Shown: one piece after another, positions 1 to 9,699 of the stretch | Layout of the letters: each line of letters opens with the position of its first letter | Numbering within the stretch: the stretch's first letter is position 1 | DNA from: Octopus sinensis | Lineage: Eukaryota | Length of the DNA: 21,760 bases | Assembly: GCF_006345805.1 (NCBI RefSeq) | Contig: NW_021823720.1 | Coordinates: 1 to 21,760 of the forward strand | Direction of reading: 5' to 3' | Notes under the pieces: generated by a model | What the model was told of the DNA's origin: nothing | Seen by the model: only the letters and a program-made list of their open reading frames with translations | Databases searched by the model: none | Position numbers and translations under genes: made by a program

Positions 1-108
1 GTATGTAGGTAGGTAGGTAAAGGATATGTAGGCAAACAGATAGATAAGTGATGATAGATAAGTACACTGGTAATACGCACAGACAAGCAAACACGCACAT
101 ACATATAT

Positions 109-186
109 GATGCCACCCAGTGGGACTGAACCTGGAAGCATGTGGTTCAGAAGCAAGCTTCTTACCGCACAGCCAAGCCCGCGCCT
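109..186 (-). mobile_element. SINE family A, 5' tRNA-like head fragment
   Basis: Reverse complement AGGCGCGGGCTTGGCTGTGCGGTAAGAAGCTTGCTTCTGAACCACATGCTTCCAGGTTCAGTCCCACTGGGTGGCATC matches the head of the full-length copies at 19932, 11848 and 21130; A-box-like and B-box-like (GGTTCAGTCCC) motifs present. Confidence 0.85.
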
Positions 187-561
187 ACACACACCACACA
201 CACACACACACAAACACACAGGAACTGGAGCTGTGTGTGTTGTTGACCATTGTATACTTTCCATCATTTCATTTTTATTTTCCTACCGGCTTCAGAAATT
301 CGATTCTGGCCACGCTGATGCAAGTCTTTCAAGACTACAGTCGATGTTATTGATCTCAGTTCTTATGTCAGCCTGGTATATAATTTATCGATTGATATTT
401 AAGAAGCAACCTAAGCAACAATATACGATTTTGACATCAGCCTCTCCTCTACTCGCCTCCTCTTCTATTCCAAGCAATTTCTCTCCATATCCATCCTCCA
501 TTCTCTCCATCTCTCTATCGCTCCCACTCTCTTTCTCACTCTCCCTCTGTACGCACACAGG

Positions 562-570
562 TATATATAA

Positions 571-610
<40 letters not shown>

Positions 611-625
611 TATATATATATATAT
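562..625. repeat. (TA)n microsatellite
   Basis: Near-pure TA run read directly. Confidence 0.95.
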
Positions 626-902
626 GCGTATACGTCCATATGTGTATATATTTTGAGGTGTGTTACGTAGTAACGGAACATATTTTAGTTGTTATTTCAA
701 AGATATTTCTTCCACATTTGTTCGCTCAAGTCATTCTTGCATTCGTTTAAGAGATGTGTGTGAAAATTATGTTTCTATAATTACACACACTTACATACAC
801 ACACTGACAACACATTCACACTTACACAGGCACTTACACAAACATGCACGCACTCACACATACATGTATGTTTATGTACATGTGTGTGTATATATATATA
901 AT

Positions 903-1152
903 AAATAAATGCGGTCTTTTAAAGTCAGGCTCATGAGCGCGGTCTACCGCTGTCAATGGCGTATGTGTTCCCCTGCTGGACGGGACGCCAGTCCATCGCA
1001 GCGTTACTCATTTTTGCCAGCTGATTGGACTGGAGCAACGTGAAACGAAGTGTTTTGCTCAACAACACAACGCATCGCCCGGTCCAGGAATCAGAACCAC
1101 AATCTTGCGAACATGATGCTGACACCCTAACCACCAAGCCACGCGCCTCCAC
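903..1152 (-). mobile_element. SINE family B, near full length
   Basis: Reverse complement aligns along its length with 10552-10816 (GTGGAGGCGCGTRGCT head, TTGCTCCAGTCCA.TCAGCTGGCAAAAATGAG, GATGGACTGGCGTCCCGTCC, CATGAGCCTG, ATTTA tail). The central block resembles V-domain SINEs (recalled, unverified). Confidence 0.85.
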
Positions 1153-1237
1153 ACGTGTATATATATATATATATATATTCATATATACAGAAAATATATA
1201 TATGTGTGTGTCTTTGTGAGTGTGTCTGTGTGAAAGA

Positions 1238-1365
1238 GTGTGGCCTTGTGGATAGGCGTGATGAACTCGAATCATATATTATGGTTTCGATTCCCATTTT
1301 GGCTGCTCGTTGTGTTCTTGAGCAAAATACTCCATTTCACTTTGCACCAGGCCACGCAGTTGTAC
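1238..1365 (+). mobile_element. Degenerate family B-like SINE head
   Basis: GTGGCCTTGTGGATAGG...GGTTTCGATTCCC...GTTGTGTTCTTGAGCAAAATACTCCATTTCACTTTGCACCAG parallels the 5' half of family B. Confidence 0.45.
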
Positions 1366-1694
1366 ATCGCTCACCGTTCAACGCACAAGCCCTCCGATCA
1401 GGGCCAGTGCTACCTTGCATATCTAGACAGCTGGGTGGTCGCATTGAAAAGCTAAAACGACAGAAAGTGCATATTGGTCAACGATGTACAACAGCATCAG
1501 AGATCATCACGAGACACCAACCACTCATACACACAAATATATGTGAATATTTATATTTATGTGTGTGCGTGTGTCCTTGTGACTTTGTACACAAATGTGT
1601 GTCTGTGTGATCAGAAAACTTTAGCTTTGCAAGCATATGGCTGTTGTAGGGACATAAATAAACTAACTCCGGTTGTCAAGCTGTGGTACACATT

Positions 1695-1962
1695 GGGAAA
1701 AAGAACGTAAAACATCCGGGCAGTTAGGTGATACAAAAAGGGACAATAAAACATCCAGATAGACGATATAAACAAACAAGGATGGGTCATTCGAAGCTTT
1801 TTATCCTCAGTCAAGAACTAGATCATCCTTGCTATTTCGGCTGATTAATCTTGACATTGTTCGAATCTGGCCAGCCCCAAGTAAAAACGAAGCTAAGAGC
1901 ATTAGATTCTTTGGAAAAAAGCATCGAATGTATACGAAAACAAGGACGGGAAAACAGACAAT
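1695..1962 (-). repeat. Unclassified dispersed repeat (family E), copy 1
   Basis: Reverse complement of about 1735-1838 (GAAATAGCAAGGATGATCTAGTTCTTGACTGAGGATAAAAAAGCTTCGAATGACCCATCC...) is homologous to 16508-16608. Outer boundaries are approximate. Confidence 0.6.
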
Positions 1963-2137
1963 ATATATATATATAATATAGTCACTGTGACCCGTGTGTG
2001 GGTGAGGTGCAGTAAGTCTCCGTAAAGTTAAAAAGTCCAGTGGAGAGAAGTAGAGAGTCCGTAGAGGTAAGAGTTGGTAGTGGTAGAGAAGATAGGATCG
2101 AAAGTGTTTATTTTCGTAAACTTTCCCTTGATATATA

Positions 2138-2178
<41 letters not shown>

Positions 2179-2179
<1 letters not shown>

Positions 2180-2315
2180 CCGGGCTTCTTTTATTTTCCG
2201 CCTGCCAAATTCACTCACAATGCTTTGATTGGCCCGAGGCTATAAAAGACAATTGCTTAAGGTGCCACACAGTGGAACTGAACCCACAACTATGTGGCTA
2301 CGAAGCACGTCGCAC
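2179..2315 (-). mobile_element. SINE family A, diverged 5' half ending at a (TA)n tract (about 2130-2177)
   Basis: GGGCTTCTTT..TTTCCG.CT.CCAAAT.CACTCACAA.GCTTTG.T.GGCCCGAGGCTATA...AAGGTGCCAC.CAGTGG.ACTGAACCC matches the family A head and core. Confidence 0.8.
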
Positions 2316-2813
2316 CTATATTTATCCTTCATATATTATCTTCTTGGAAACATTGCAATTAGCTCCCTTGTCAAATTACCTCCCTTCTTAATTAATATCT
2401 CGCGGAATCTCTCTGTTTATTTAATTCTAGGCATTTCATATTGTCATATATTATTTGATTTAATAATCCAACTGGGGATTAGAGGCTTCGTTATTTATCC
2501 ATATCTCATTGCATAATATTTTTGTTGTATCACAAGAGAGATATTTTCTACTGATAGTATCATTAATTTTCAATACATTTCTCATGTTTTTTCTTTCTAT
2601 CCGGTAATTGATTCTTTCCTGAAATGTTTCCAATGTCCCTTTGAGGAAGTGTACCGCGTATAAATTTTAACTAAATGAATCAAATGGATTTATGTTTTCT
2701 TTTATTTGTTAGCATATTTTATTCTGTTGGTTCTCATAGAATATAAATATCCTGCTGAAAGTAATCGCCTTCCTCGTTCGAATCTTGAAAAGCCGTATAT
2801 AAGACTCACATTA

Positions 2814-3378
2814 AGGTGCAGGCGTGGCTGTGTGGTAAGAGCGGCGAGATGGCAGATGACAGAAATGTTAGCACGCCGGGCGAAATGCGTAGCCGTATTT
2901 CGTCTGCCGTTACGTTCTGAGTTCAAATTCCGCCGAGGTCGACTTTGCCTTTTGTCTTTTCGGGGTCGATAAATGAAGTACCAGTTACACACTAGAGTCG
3001 ATGTAATCGACTTAATCCTTTTGTCTGTCTTTGTTTGTCCCCTCTATGTTTAGCCCCGTGTGTGTAGTAAAGAAATAGGTATTTCGTCTGCCGTTACGTT
3101 CTGAGCTCAAATTCCGCCGAGGTCGACTTTTTCTTTCATTCTTTTGGTGTCAATTAAATATGTACCAGTTACGCCCTGGGGTCAACATAATCGACTTAAT
3201 CCGTTCGTCTGTCCTTGTTTGTCCTCTCTGTGTGTAGCCCCTTGTGAGCAGTAAAAAAATAAGAAGCTTGCTTCCCAACCACATGGTTCCGGGTTTAGTC
3301 CCACTGCGTGGTACCTTGGGCAAGTGTCTTCTACTATTGCCACAAACCTACCAAAGCGTTCTGAGTGAATTCGGAAGA
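2814..3378 (+). mobile_element. SINE family A 5' part, split by a family C insertion (pieces 2814-2840 and 3260-3378)
   Basis: AGGTGCAGGCGTGGCTGTGTGGTAAGA (2814-2840) and TAAGAAGCTTGCTTCCCAACCACATGGTTCCGGG... (from 3260) rejoin into the family A head; TAAGA is present on both sides. Confidence 0.8.
2841..3259 (+). mobile_element. SINE family C with tandem duplication of a 184-bp body unit
   Basis: Head GCGGCGAGATGGCAG...GTTAGCACGCCGGGCGAAATG, B-box-like GAGTTCAAATTCC; the unit beginning GTATTTCGTCTGCCGTTACGTTCTGAG starts at both 2895 and 3079. Confidence 0.85.
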
Positions 3379-3413
3379 TGAGAATATATCTGTGTGTATT
3401 TCTGTGTGTATTC

Positions 3414-3476
3414 AACGGGCTTCTTTCAGTTTCCGTCAAACAAATCCGCTCACACGACTTTGGTCGACCCGAGACT
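3414..3476 (-). mobile_element. SINE family A core fragment
   Basis: ACGGGCTTCTTTCAGTTTCCGTC...AAATCC.CTCACA...TTTGGTCGACCCGAG matches the minus-strand copies at about 11690-11750 and 20975-21030. Confidence 0.75.
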
Positions 3477-4019
3477 TGTTTTACTTTTAATCTTTGTTCG
3501 TTGTATGTCTTCAGTTTCGAATATGGATTATTTTCTTTCCTTCATAGACTGTGATATGAGAAAGATATAGCTGTTATATGTTACAGCTGAACGCTTGCAC
3601 TGAGATTTGCTGTAAATGGCTTTCATATGCATAGGAGTATGCTTATACAAAATTGTTTTAAGTCTGACCTAATGTAAAAATAATGAACCTGATATCAAAT
3701 TGAGAAAGGAGGAAAGAGAAAAAAGAATGCTGAGCTGTCGTGTGATTCGCTTTGTTATCAATTTTCTGTTACCGGTGTATGGTCTATATTATTACTGTTT
3801 TTTTTTTGTTTTTTGTTTGTTTGTTTTTTAAGTAAAGAATAATATAAAACAAGAGCGTTCAACTAACAAAACAGCAATAACACGCACAACAAAAACAAGG
3901 TTGAAAAACAAAAAAATCACAACAGCAACATAGAACAACCAATACATTAGTTTAGTGCAAAAGCACACAGTAAACGAGAGAAAGAAACCAAAACAAACAT
4001 GTAAATAAATACCACTTTA

Positions 4020-4424
4020 TTAATAACGGCAACAACAACAGCAGTAATAAAAAATAATAATAATGATGATAATGGTGATAATGATGATAATAATAATAAT
4101 AATTATTATTATTATAATAATAATGATAATAATAATAATAATGATGATGATGATAGAGATAATATAATAATAATAATAATAAAATATAATGATAAGAATA
4201 ATAATAATAATATAATAATGATAATAATATATAATAAGATAATAATAATAATAACAACAATAACATAATAATAATATTAATAACAACAACAACAACAACA
4301 ATAATAATAATAATAATAATAGTAATAATAATAATAATAATATAATAAAATTATAACAACCACACAGCACAACAACAACAACAACATAATAATAATATCA
4401 ATAATAATAATAATAATAACAATA

Positions 4425-4477
<53 letters not shown>

Positions 4478-4666
4478 TAATAATAATAATAGTAATAATA
4501 ATAATAATAATAAAATTATAACAACCACAACAGCAACAACAACAACAACACAATAATAATAATATCAATAATAATAATAATAATAATAATATAATAATAA
4601 TAACAAAAATAATAATAATAATAATAATAATAATATAATAATAACATATAATATATAATAATAATC

Positions 4667-4709
<43 letters not shown>

Positions 4710-4761
4710 TAATAATAATAATAATAACAATAATAATAATAATGATAATAATAATAATAAT

Positions 4762-4792
<31 letters not shown>

Positions 4793-4799
4793 TAATAAT

Positions 4800-4830
<31 letters not shown>

Positions 4831-4835
4831 TAATA

Positions 4836-4876
<41 letters not shown>

Positions 4877-4995
4877 TAATAATAATAATAATAATATAAT
4901 AATGATAATAATAATAATAATAACAATAATAATAATAATGATAATAATAATAATAATATAATAATAATAATATAATAATAATACTAATAATAATA

Positions 4996-5040
<45 letters not shown>

Positions 5041-5092
5041 TAATAATAATAATAATAACAATAATAATAATAATGATAATAATAATAATAAT

Positions 5093-5148
<56 letters not shown>

Positions 5149-5157
5149 TAATATAAC

Positions 5158-5224
<67 letters not shown>

Positions 5225-5285
5225 TATAATAATGATAATAATAATAATAATAACAATAATAATAATAATGAAATAATAATATAAT

Positions 5286-5328
<43 letters not shown>

Positions 5329-5356
5329 TAATAATAATAATAACAATAATAATAAC

Positions 5357-5428
<72 letters not shown>
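4020..5428. repeat. About 1.4 kb (AAT)n array with AAC/GAT variants and higher-order duplications
   Basis: Read directly; it explains the poly-L/I/Y ORFs. Confidence 0.97.
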
Positions 5429-5429
<1 letters not shown>

Positions 5430-5454
5430 AACTCAACTTTGTCGCGATTACCAT

Positions 5455-5755
5455 TATTATCTTTTCCATCATCACTCGCAGAAAGTCATTCTGGTCACTG
5501 CTCTCGCTACCATTCCTGCCATCGACATAATCATCTCCAGCACCATCAGCATCCTCATCTTCATCTGCATCGTTATCATCATCATCATCATCATCATCGT
5601 CATCATTATAAGCAGCAGCAGCAACAGCAACAGCAGCAGCAGCATGGCCACGGCAATTATCCTAATCGTCCTCGGCTTCACCATGAACCACTGCCACCAC
5701 CAACACCACCGTCTCCATTTTCATCATTAACATCATCATCATCATCATCATCATT

Positions 5756-5802
<47 letters not shown>

Positions 5803-5832
5803 TACCATCATCATCATCATCATCAATGTCAC

Positions 5833-5870
<38 letters not shown>

Positions 5871-6062
5871 ATGTCACCATCATTATTATCGTCGTCGTCG
5901 TCAACGTCATTAGCATCATCGTCATCATCATTACCACTGTCATCATCAGCGTCATTATCTTCATCATCATCATCAGCATCATCCTCTTAATCGTAGTTAT
6001 CATCGCCATCATCATCATCAACAAAACATCCCCAACCCAAACCCTACCACCACCGCCATCAT
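5455..6062. repeat. Degenerate (CAT)n tract with a (CAG/CAA) run and CAC repeats
   Basis: Read directly; CATCAATGTCACCATCAT is duplicated at about 5821 and 5866. Confidence 0.9.
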
Positions 6063-6074
6063 CATTAGCTTTGG

Positions 6075-6160
6075 AATCATCAGCCACAAAAGCAGCAGAG
6101 GCAAGAGAGGCAGAAACAGTGGTAATAGTACCAGCAGCAGCACCAGTGGTAGTAGTAGCT

Positions 6161-6197
<37 letters not shown>

Positions 6198-6459
6198 CAG
6201 CAGCAGCAGTAGTAGTGGTGGTAGTAGTAGTAGTAGTAGCAACAGCAGCAGCAGCAGTAGTAGTAATAGTAGTAGTATTAGTAGTAGTAGTAGTGGCAGT
6301 AGAAGTAGTAGTGGCAGCAGCAGTAGTAGTAGTAGTAATATCAGCAGCAGCAGTAGTAGTGGTAGTAGTAGTAGCAACAGCAGCAGCAGTAGTAGTAGTA
6401 GTAGTAGCAATATCAGCTGCAGCAGTAGTAGTATTAGCGGCAGCAGCAGCAGCAGCGGC

Positions 6460-6490
<31 letters not shown>

Positions 6491-6790
6491 ATTGTCCTGG
6501 TTATTGTGGCGTTGATGTTGGCGACGGTGACTGCCACCGTAGTGGTGGCATTCACAGCGGTGGTGTCCTGGTTTTCTATCGTTGGCAATGGTGGTGGTGG
6601 CAGTACGCGGTGGGTGTGTAGCGGCTACGTCGGTGCTGATGGCGAGAGCGGTGGTCGTTTCGGTCGCAATGTTGGTGGCAACTTTGGCAACGGTGGCGAT
6701 GTCGTTGTCGTTGTTGCTGGCAGTGGTGGTGGTAGCCGTCGTGGTAGCTGTGGTACGGTTTCGCTATTGATGGTGACTGACGAAGTGGTC
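6075..6790. repeat. Degenerate (GTA)/(GCA)/(GTG) trinucleotide tract (Thr/Ala-rich on the minus strand)
   Basis: Read directly; overlaps ORFs 5662-6588(-) and 6071-6793(+). Confidence 0.85.
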
Positions 6791-6924
6791 TAATTTCTCT
6801 TTATATCTTTTATAAATTCCGCTCTTTATTTTCTTTCTTGTATGTTTAGGAATTTTCGATTTTCCATATTTCGATTGTTTTTATTTACATTAAATTTCTC
6901 TTCAGTGATTAGTGCTGTTGTTGT

Positions 6925-7250
6925 TCTTGTAGCTGTTGTTGTTACAGTTGACGTTGTGGTTTTATTTCTTCTTCTTTCACTTCTACTTCTTCCTCTTCTC
7001 ATTTGTTTATTCTTTATGGATTTGTTGTTGTTCGTTATTGTTCGTCCATTGATATTTCGCTCGTTATTAACAATAATCAGATTTGTAGTACAAATATAAT
7101 TACGCAAACATGGCGATATATAATTAATAGCAGAGAGCAAAAACGGTAGGCGTGATACAGTACAGGTAATGGCGATGGTCATAGCGATGATGAGGATGTT
7201 GACGATGACGGTGGTGGTGATGACGGTGGTGGTGGTGGTGATGGTTACTG
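6925..7250. repeat. Degenerate (GTT)/(CTT) and (GAT)/(GGT) low-complexity tracts
   Basis: Read directly. Confidence 0.7.
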
Positions 7251-7374
7251 AGAGAGACAACAAACACTCGAGACCATAAAATAGAAAACGGGATGAATAA
7301 AATGAACTTATTGCATTAACATGCTCCGCGATATTCTGATCGTTAACTTTATTTTCTCCATCTCCGGCATATAT

Positions 7375-7402
7375 GATATATATATTATATATATATATAT
7401 AT

Positions 7403-7449
<47 letters not shown>

Positions 7450-7523
7450 GTATGTATGTATATATATGTGTATGTATTACGTACGTACGTATGTATGTAT
7501 GTAATGTATATGTATATATATAT

Positions 7524-7594
<71 letters not shown>

Positions 7595-7816
7595 TGTAGT
7601 ATGTATGTATGTACGTATGTATGTATGTACGTACGTATGTATGTACGTACGTTTTTATGTACGTACGTGTGTATTTATATGTATATGTACATGTATGTAT
7701 ATATATAATATGTATGTATGTATGTATGTATGTGTGGCATGTACGTACGTACGTATGTATATGTATATGTATATATATATATATGTTATATATATATATG
7801 TATGTATGTATGTATA

Positions 7817-7869
<53 letters not shown>

Positions 7870-7900
7870 TCTGTATGTATGTGTGTATGTATGCATGTAT
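7375..7900. repeat. Compound (TA)n/(TATG)n/(TACG)n microsatellite field
   Basis: Read directly. Confidence 0.95.
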
Positions 7901-8027
7901 GCCAACATAAAGAGTTGCATAATTCACTCCAGAGCTTGAATTACAAGCATGGCTTTTTGTTAACTCTCAGCATTGGTCACACTCTTTTCGCCTATCTGCC
8001 TATTAAAAACACAAAATCATACATCTA

Positions 8028-8078
<51 letters not shown>

Positions 8079-8312
8079 CGGAGTAGTAGATGAAACAGGG
8101 ACAATGATGAAGAGGGGGAATATTCTTTATGTTGCATGTCTCGTTTCTCCGTGTTTTTTTCGTTGTTCGAAAATAATGTTCGATTTCTAAGTTTCCGTTT
8201 TTATGCTTTCGTTTTTCGTTGTGTTCAACGTTTTATTATTTTTTTTTTTTTTGATGTCCTGTACCCATATATGCATGTATATAGACATATATATGTCTGT
8301 GCATGTATATAG

Positions 8313-8350
<38 letters not shown>

Positions 8351-8626
8351 CGGGGGGGAATGGAGATTAATAGAAATTTTCACTTCCAGTGGCCTAGCGT
8401 ATAAAAATTTAGTCCAAAGACTATGTATTACTCTTAAAAAATACAGTGTACTTTTATGCACATAAGAGGAATCCACTCATGGGATTCATCACGCTAGAAA
8501 GTACAGCTAGATTCTAAAACCACAAAATTCGTATCAATCAAATGATGTTTTCCTGTTAGCGCCCGGCGCCCATCGTTTGACCCGCGATCTCACCATCTAA
8601 AGGGACAAATAAAGAGAGACTGGAGG

Positions 8627-8779
8627 CCAGTACATCATTGGTGCTTATTTTATCGAACCGGAAAAGATGAGAGGTAGAGTTGATCTCTCTACGATTTGAA
8701 CTCAGAATGTAATGAGCCGGATATAATGCCGCTAATCATTTTGTCCTCCGTCTCTAACGATTCAGTCAATTCACCGCCT
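8627..8779 (-). mobile_element. SINE family C, diverged 5' part
   Basis: TGGTGCTTATTTTATCGA.CCGGAAAAGATGA...ATTTGAACTCAGAATGTA...CTAACGATTC...CACCGCC is the reverse complement of the family C head and body at 2841-2990. Confidence 0.75.
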
Positions 8780-8858
8780 TCACTAGTTTCCGTTCTCGGC
8801 AGAAGGCCAACAATTTGAATGGGAAAGGATTCAGAATAGACCATTGGCTTTCTCCTTC

Positions 8859-8906
8859 ACTGGTACTTCATTTTATCGATCCTGAATGGATGAAAGGCTA
8901 AGTCAA
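8859..8906 (-). mobile_element. SINE family C body fragment
   Basis: ACTGGTACTTCATTTTATCGATCCTGAATGGATGAAAGGCTAAGTCAA matches the family C central domain. Confidence 0.7.
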
Positions 8907-8945
8907 GTATAGAGGTTACATTCGTATTAATTTTATCGTTTTAAA

Positions 8946-9617
8946 ATGTGTTTAGGTCAGACCCATACAAGACACTGCCTGTTGTATGGATTCAAAAGAA
9001 GCTCTTCAGTAATGAAAACAACAAGAAATATTCGTTCGATCTTTGGAACTGAGCGTTAGGTATACGACCATGTTATTGGCTAGAATGGTTTTGCCAAGTT
9101 CATTATCATGAAGAGTTAAAGCGGAGAAGTATTGTCGTCAATTGAAAGCATTACGCACACACACACAAAGCAAGAAAATTACAGAAAATGGCGTCGTCCA
9201 TCATTGATCGGCCGTGAAGGTGTGTTGCTGTTATATAATATTGTAAAACCAAGCAGAGGACAAATCACTCAGGAAAAGATTATGGCACAAAATATGGAGG
9301 TTTTGCTTTATCCCCTTTACTCTCTTGACTTTGCTCAATCTAACAATCGTTTTTCTTTTTTCAGATTATTGCAACATTATCTAGAGGGAAATGAGTTTAT
9401 TAATTGTAAAGAGGTTAAAAATGATATTGAATGTTTCTTTGCTCCGAATCTTGGAACGTTTTCCCCACTAGGGATCAAGAATTTGCCAAATAGATGGGAT
9501 TATGTTATCAATAATGAGAGGAAATATTATCTTGATTAAATATATCAACTAAGACCAAAGAAGCATTTGTTTGCTTCCCATCTTCAAATGCAACAGGGCT
9601 TTCTTTCTAACCTAATA
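8946..9617 (+). mobile_element. Decayed, internally deleted mariner (Tc1/mariner DD34D-type) transposon with transposase pseudogene
   Basis: 8946-9059 encodes MCLGQTHTRHCLLYGFKRSSSVMKTTRNIRSIFGTE (mariner N-terminal HIRHCLLYEF...ATRNI motif), followed by frameshifted EWFAKF (9083-9101). 9121-9156 encodes AEKYCRQLKALR. The 9132-9539 ORF carries RRPSLIGREGVLLLYNIVKP...EVLLYPLYSLDFAQSNNRFSFFRLLQHYLEG...GIKNLPNRWDYVINNERKYYLD, matching the mariner C-terminus (HDNARPH...HPPYSPDLAPSDYHLF...LPERW). The right end ...TCTAACCTAA|TA (9615; TA 9616-9617) resembles the TTAGGTT mariner terminus. Confidence 0.9.
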
Positions 9618-9699
9618 TATAAAGCAGTGAATGGCGTCATAAAGGAACGTGCTTACTCTCTCAGATTTAGAACATGTTTTTGAATATCAAAACCTTATC

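Noticed and set aside
294-380. Possible plus-strand exon (TTTTCCTACCGGCTTCAG| KFDSGHADASLSRLQSMLLISVLMSA |GTATAT)
   Set aside because: The donor is weak, the peptide is unrecognisable and no partner exon is evident.
3952-5358. Poly-L/I/Y ORFs
   Set aside because: Pure (AAT)n read-through.
5439-5990. Poly-His/Gln/Pro/Ser ORF resembling a transcription-factor low-complexity region
   Set aside because: It starts at a non-ATG codon, switches repeat phase, has no splice signals or domain, and is explained by (CAT)n/(CAG)n.
8908-8920. TATAGAGGTTAC as the left mariner TIR
   Set aside because: Only AGGTTA matches the right end, and it lies about 35 bp from the ATG, too close for a normal mariner 5' end.
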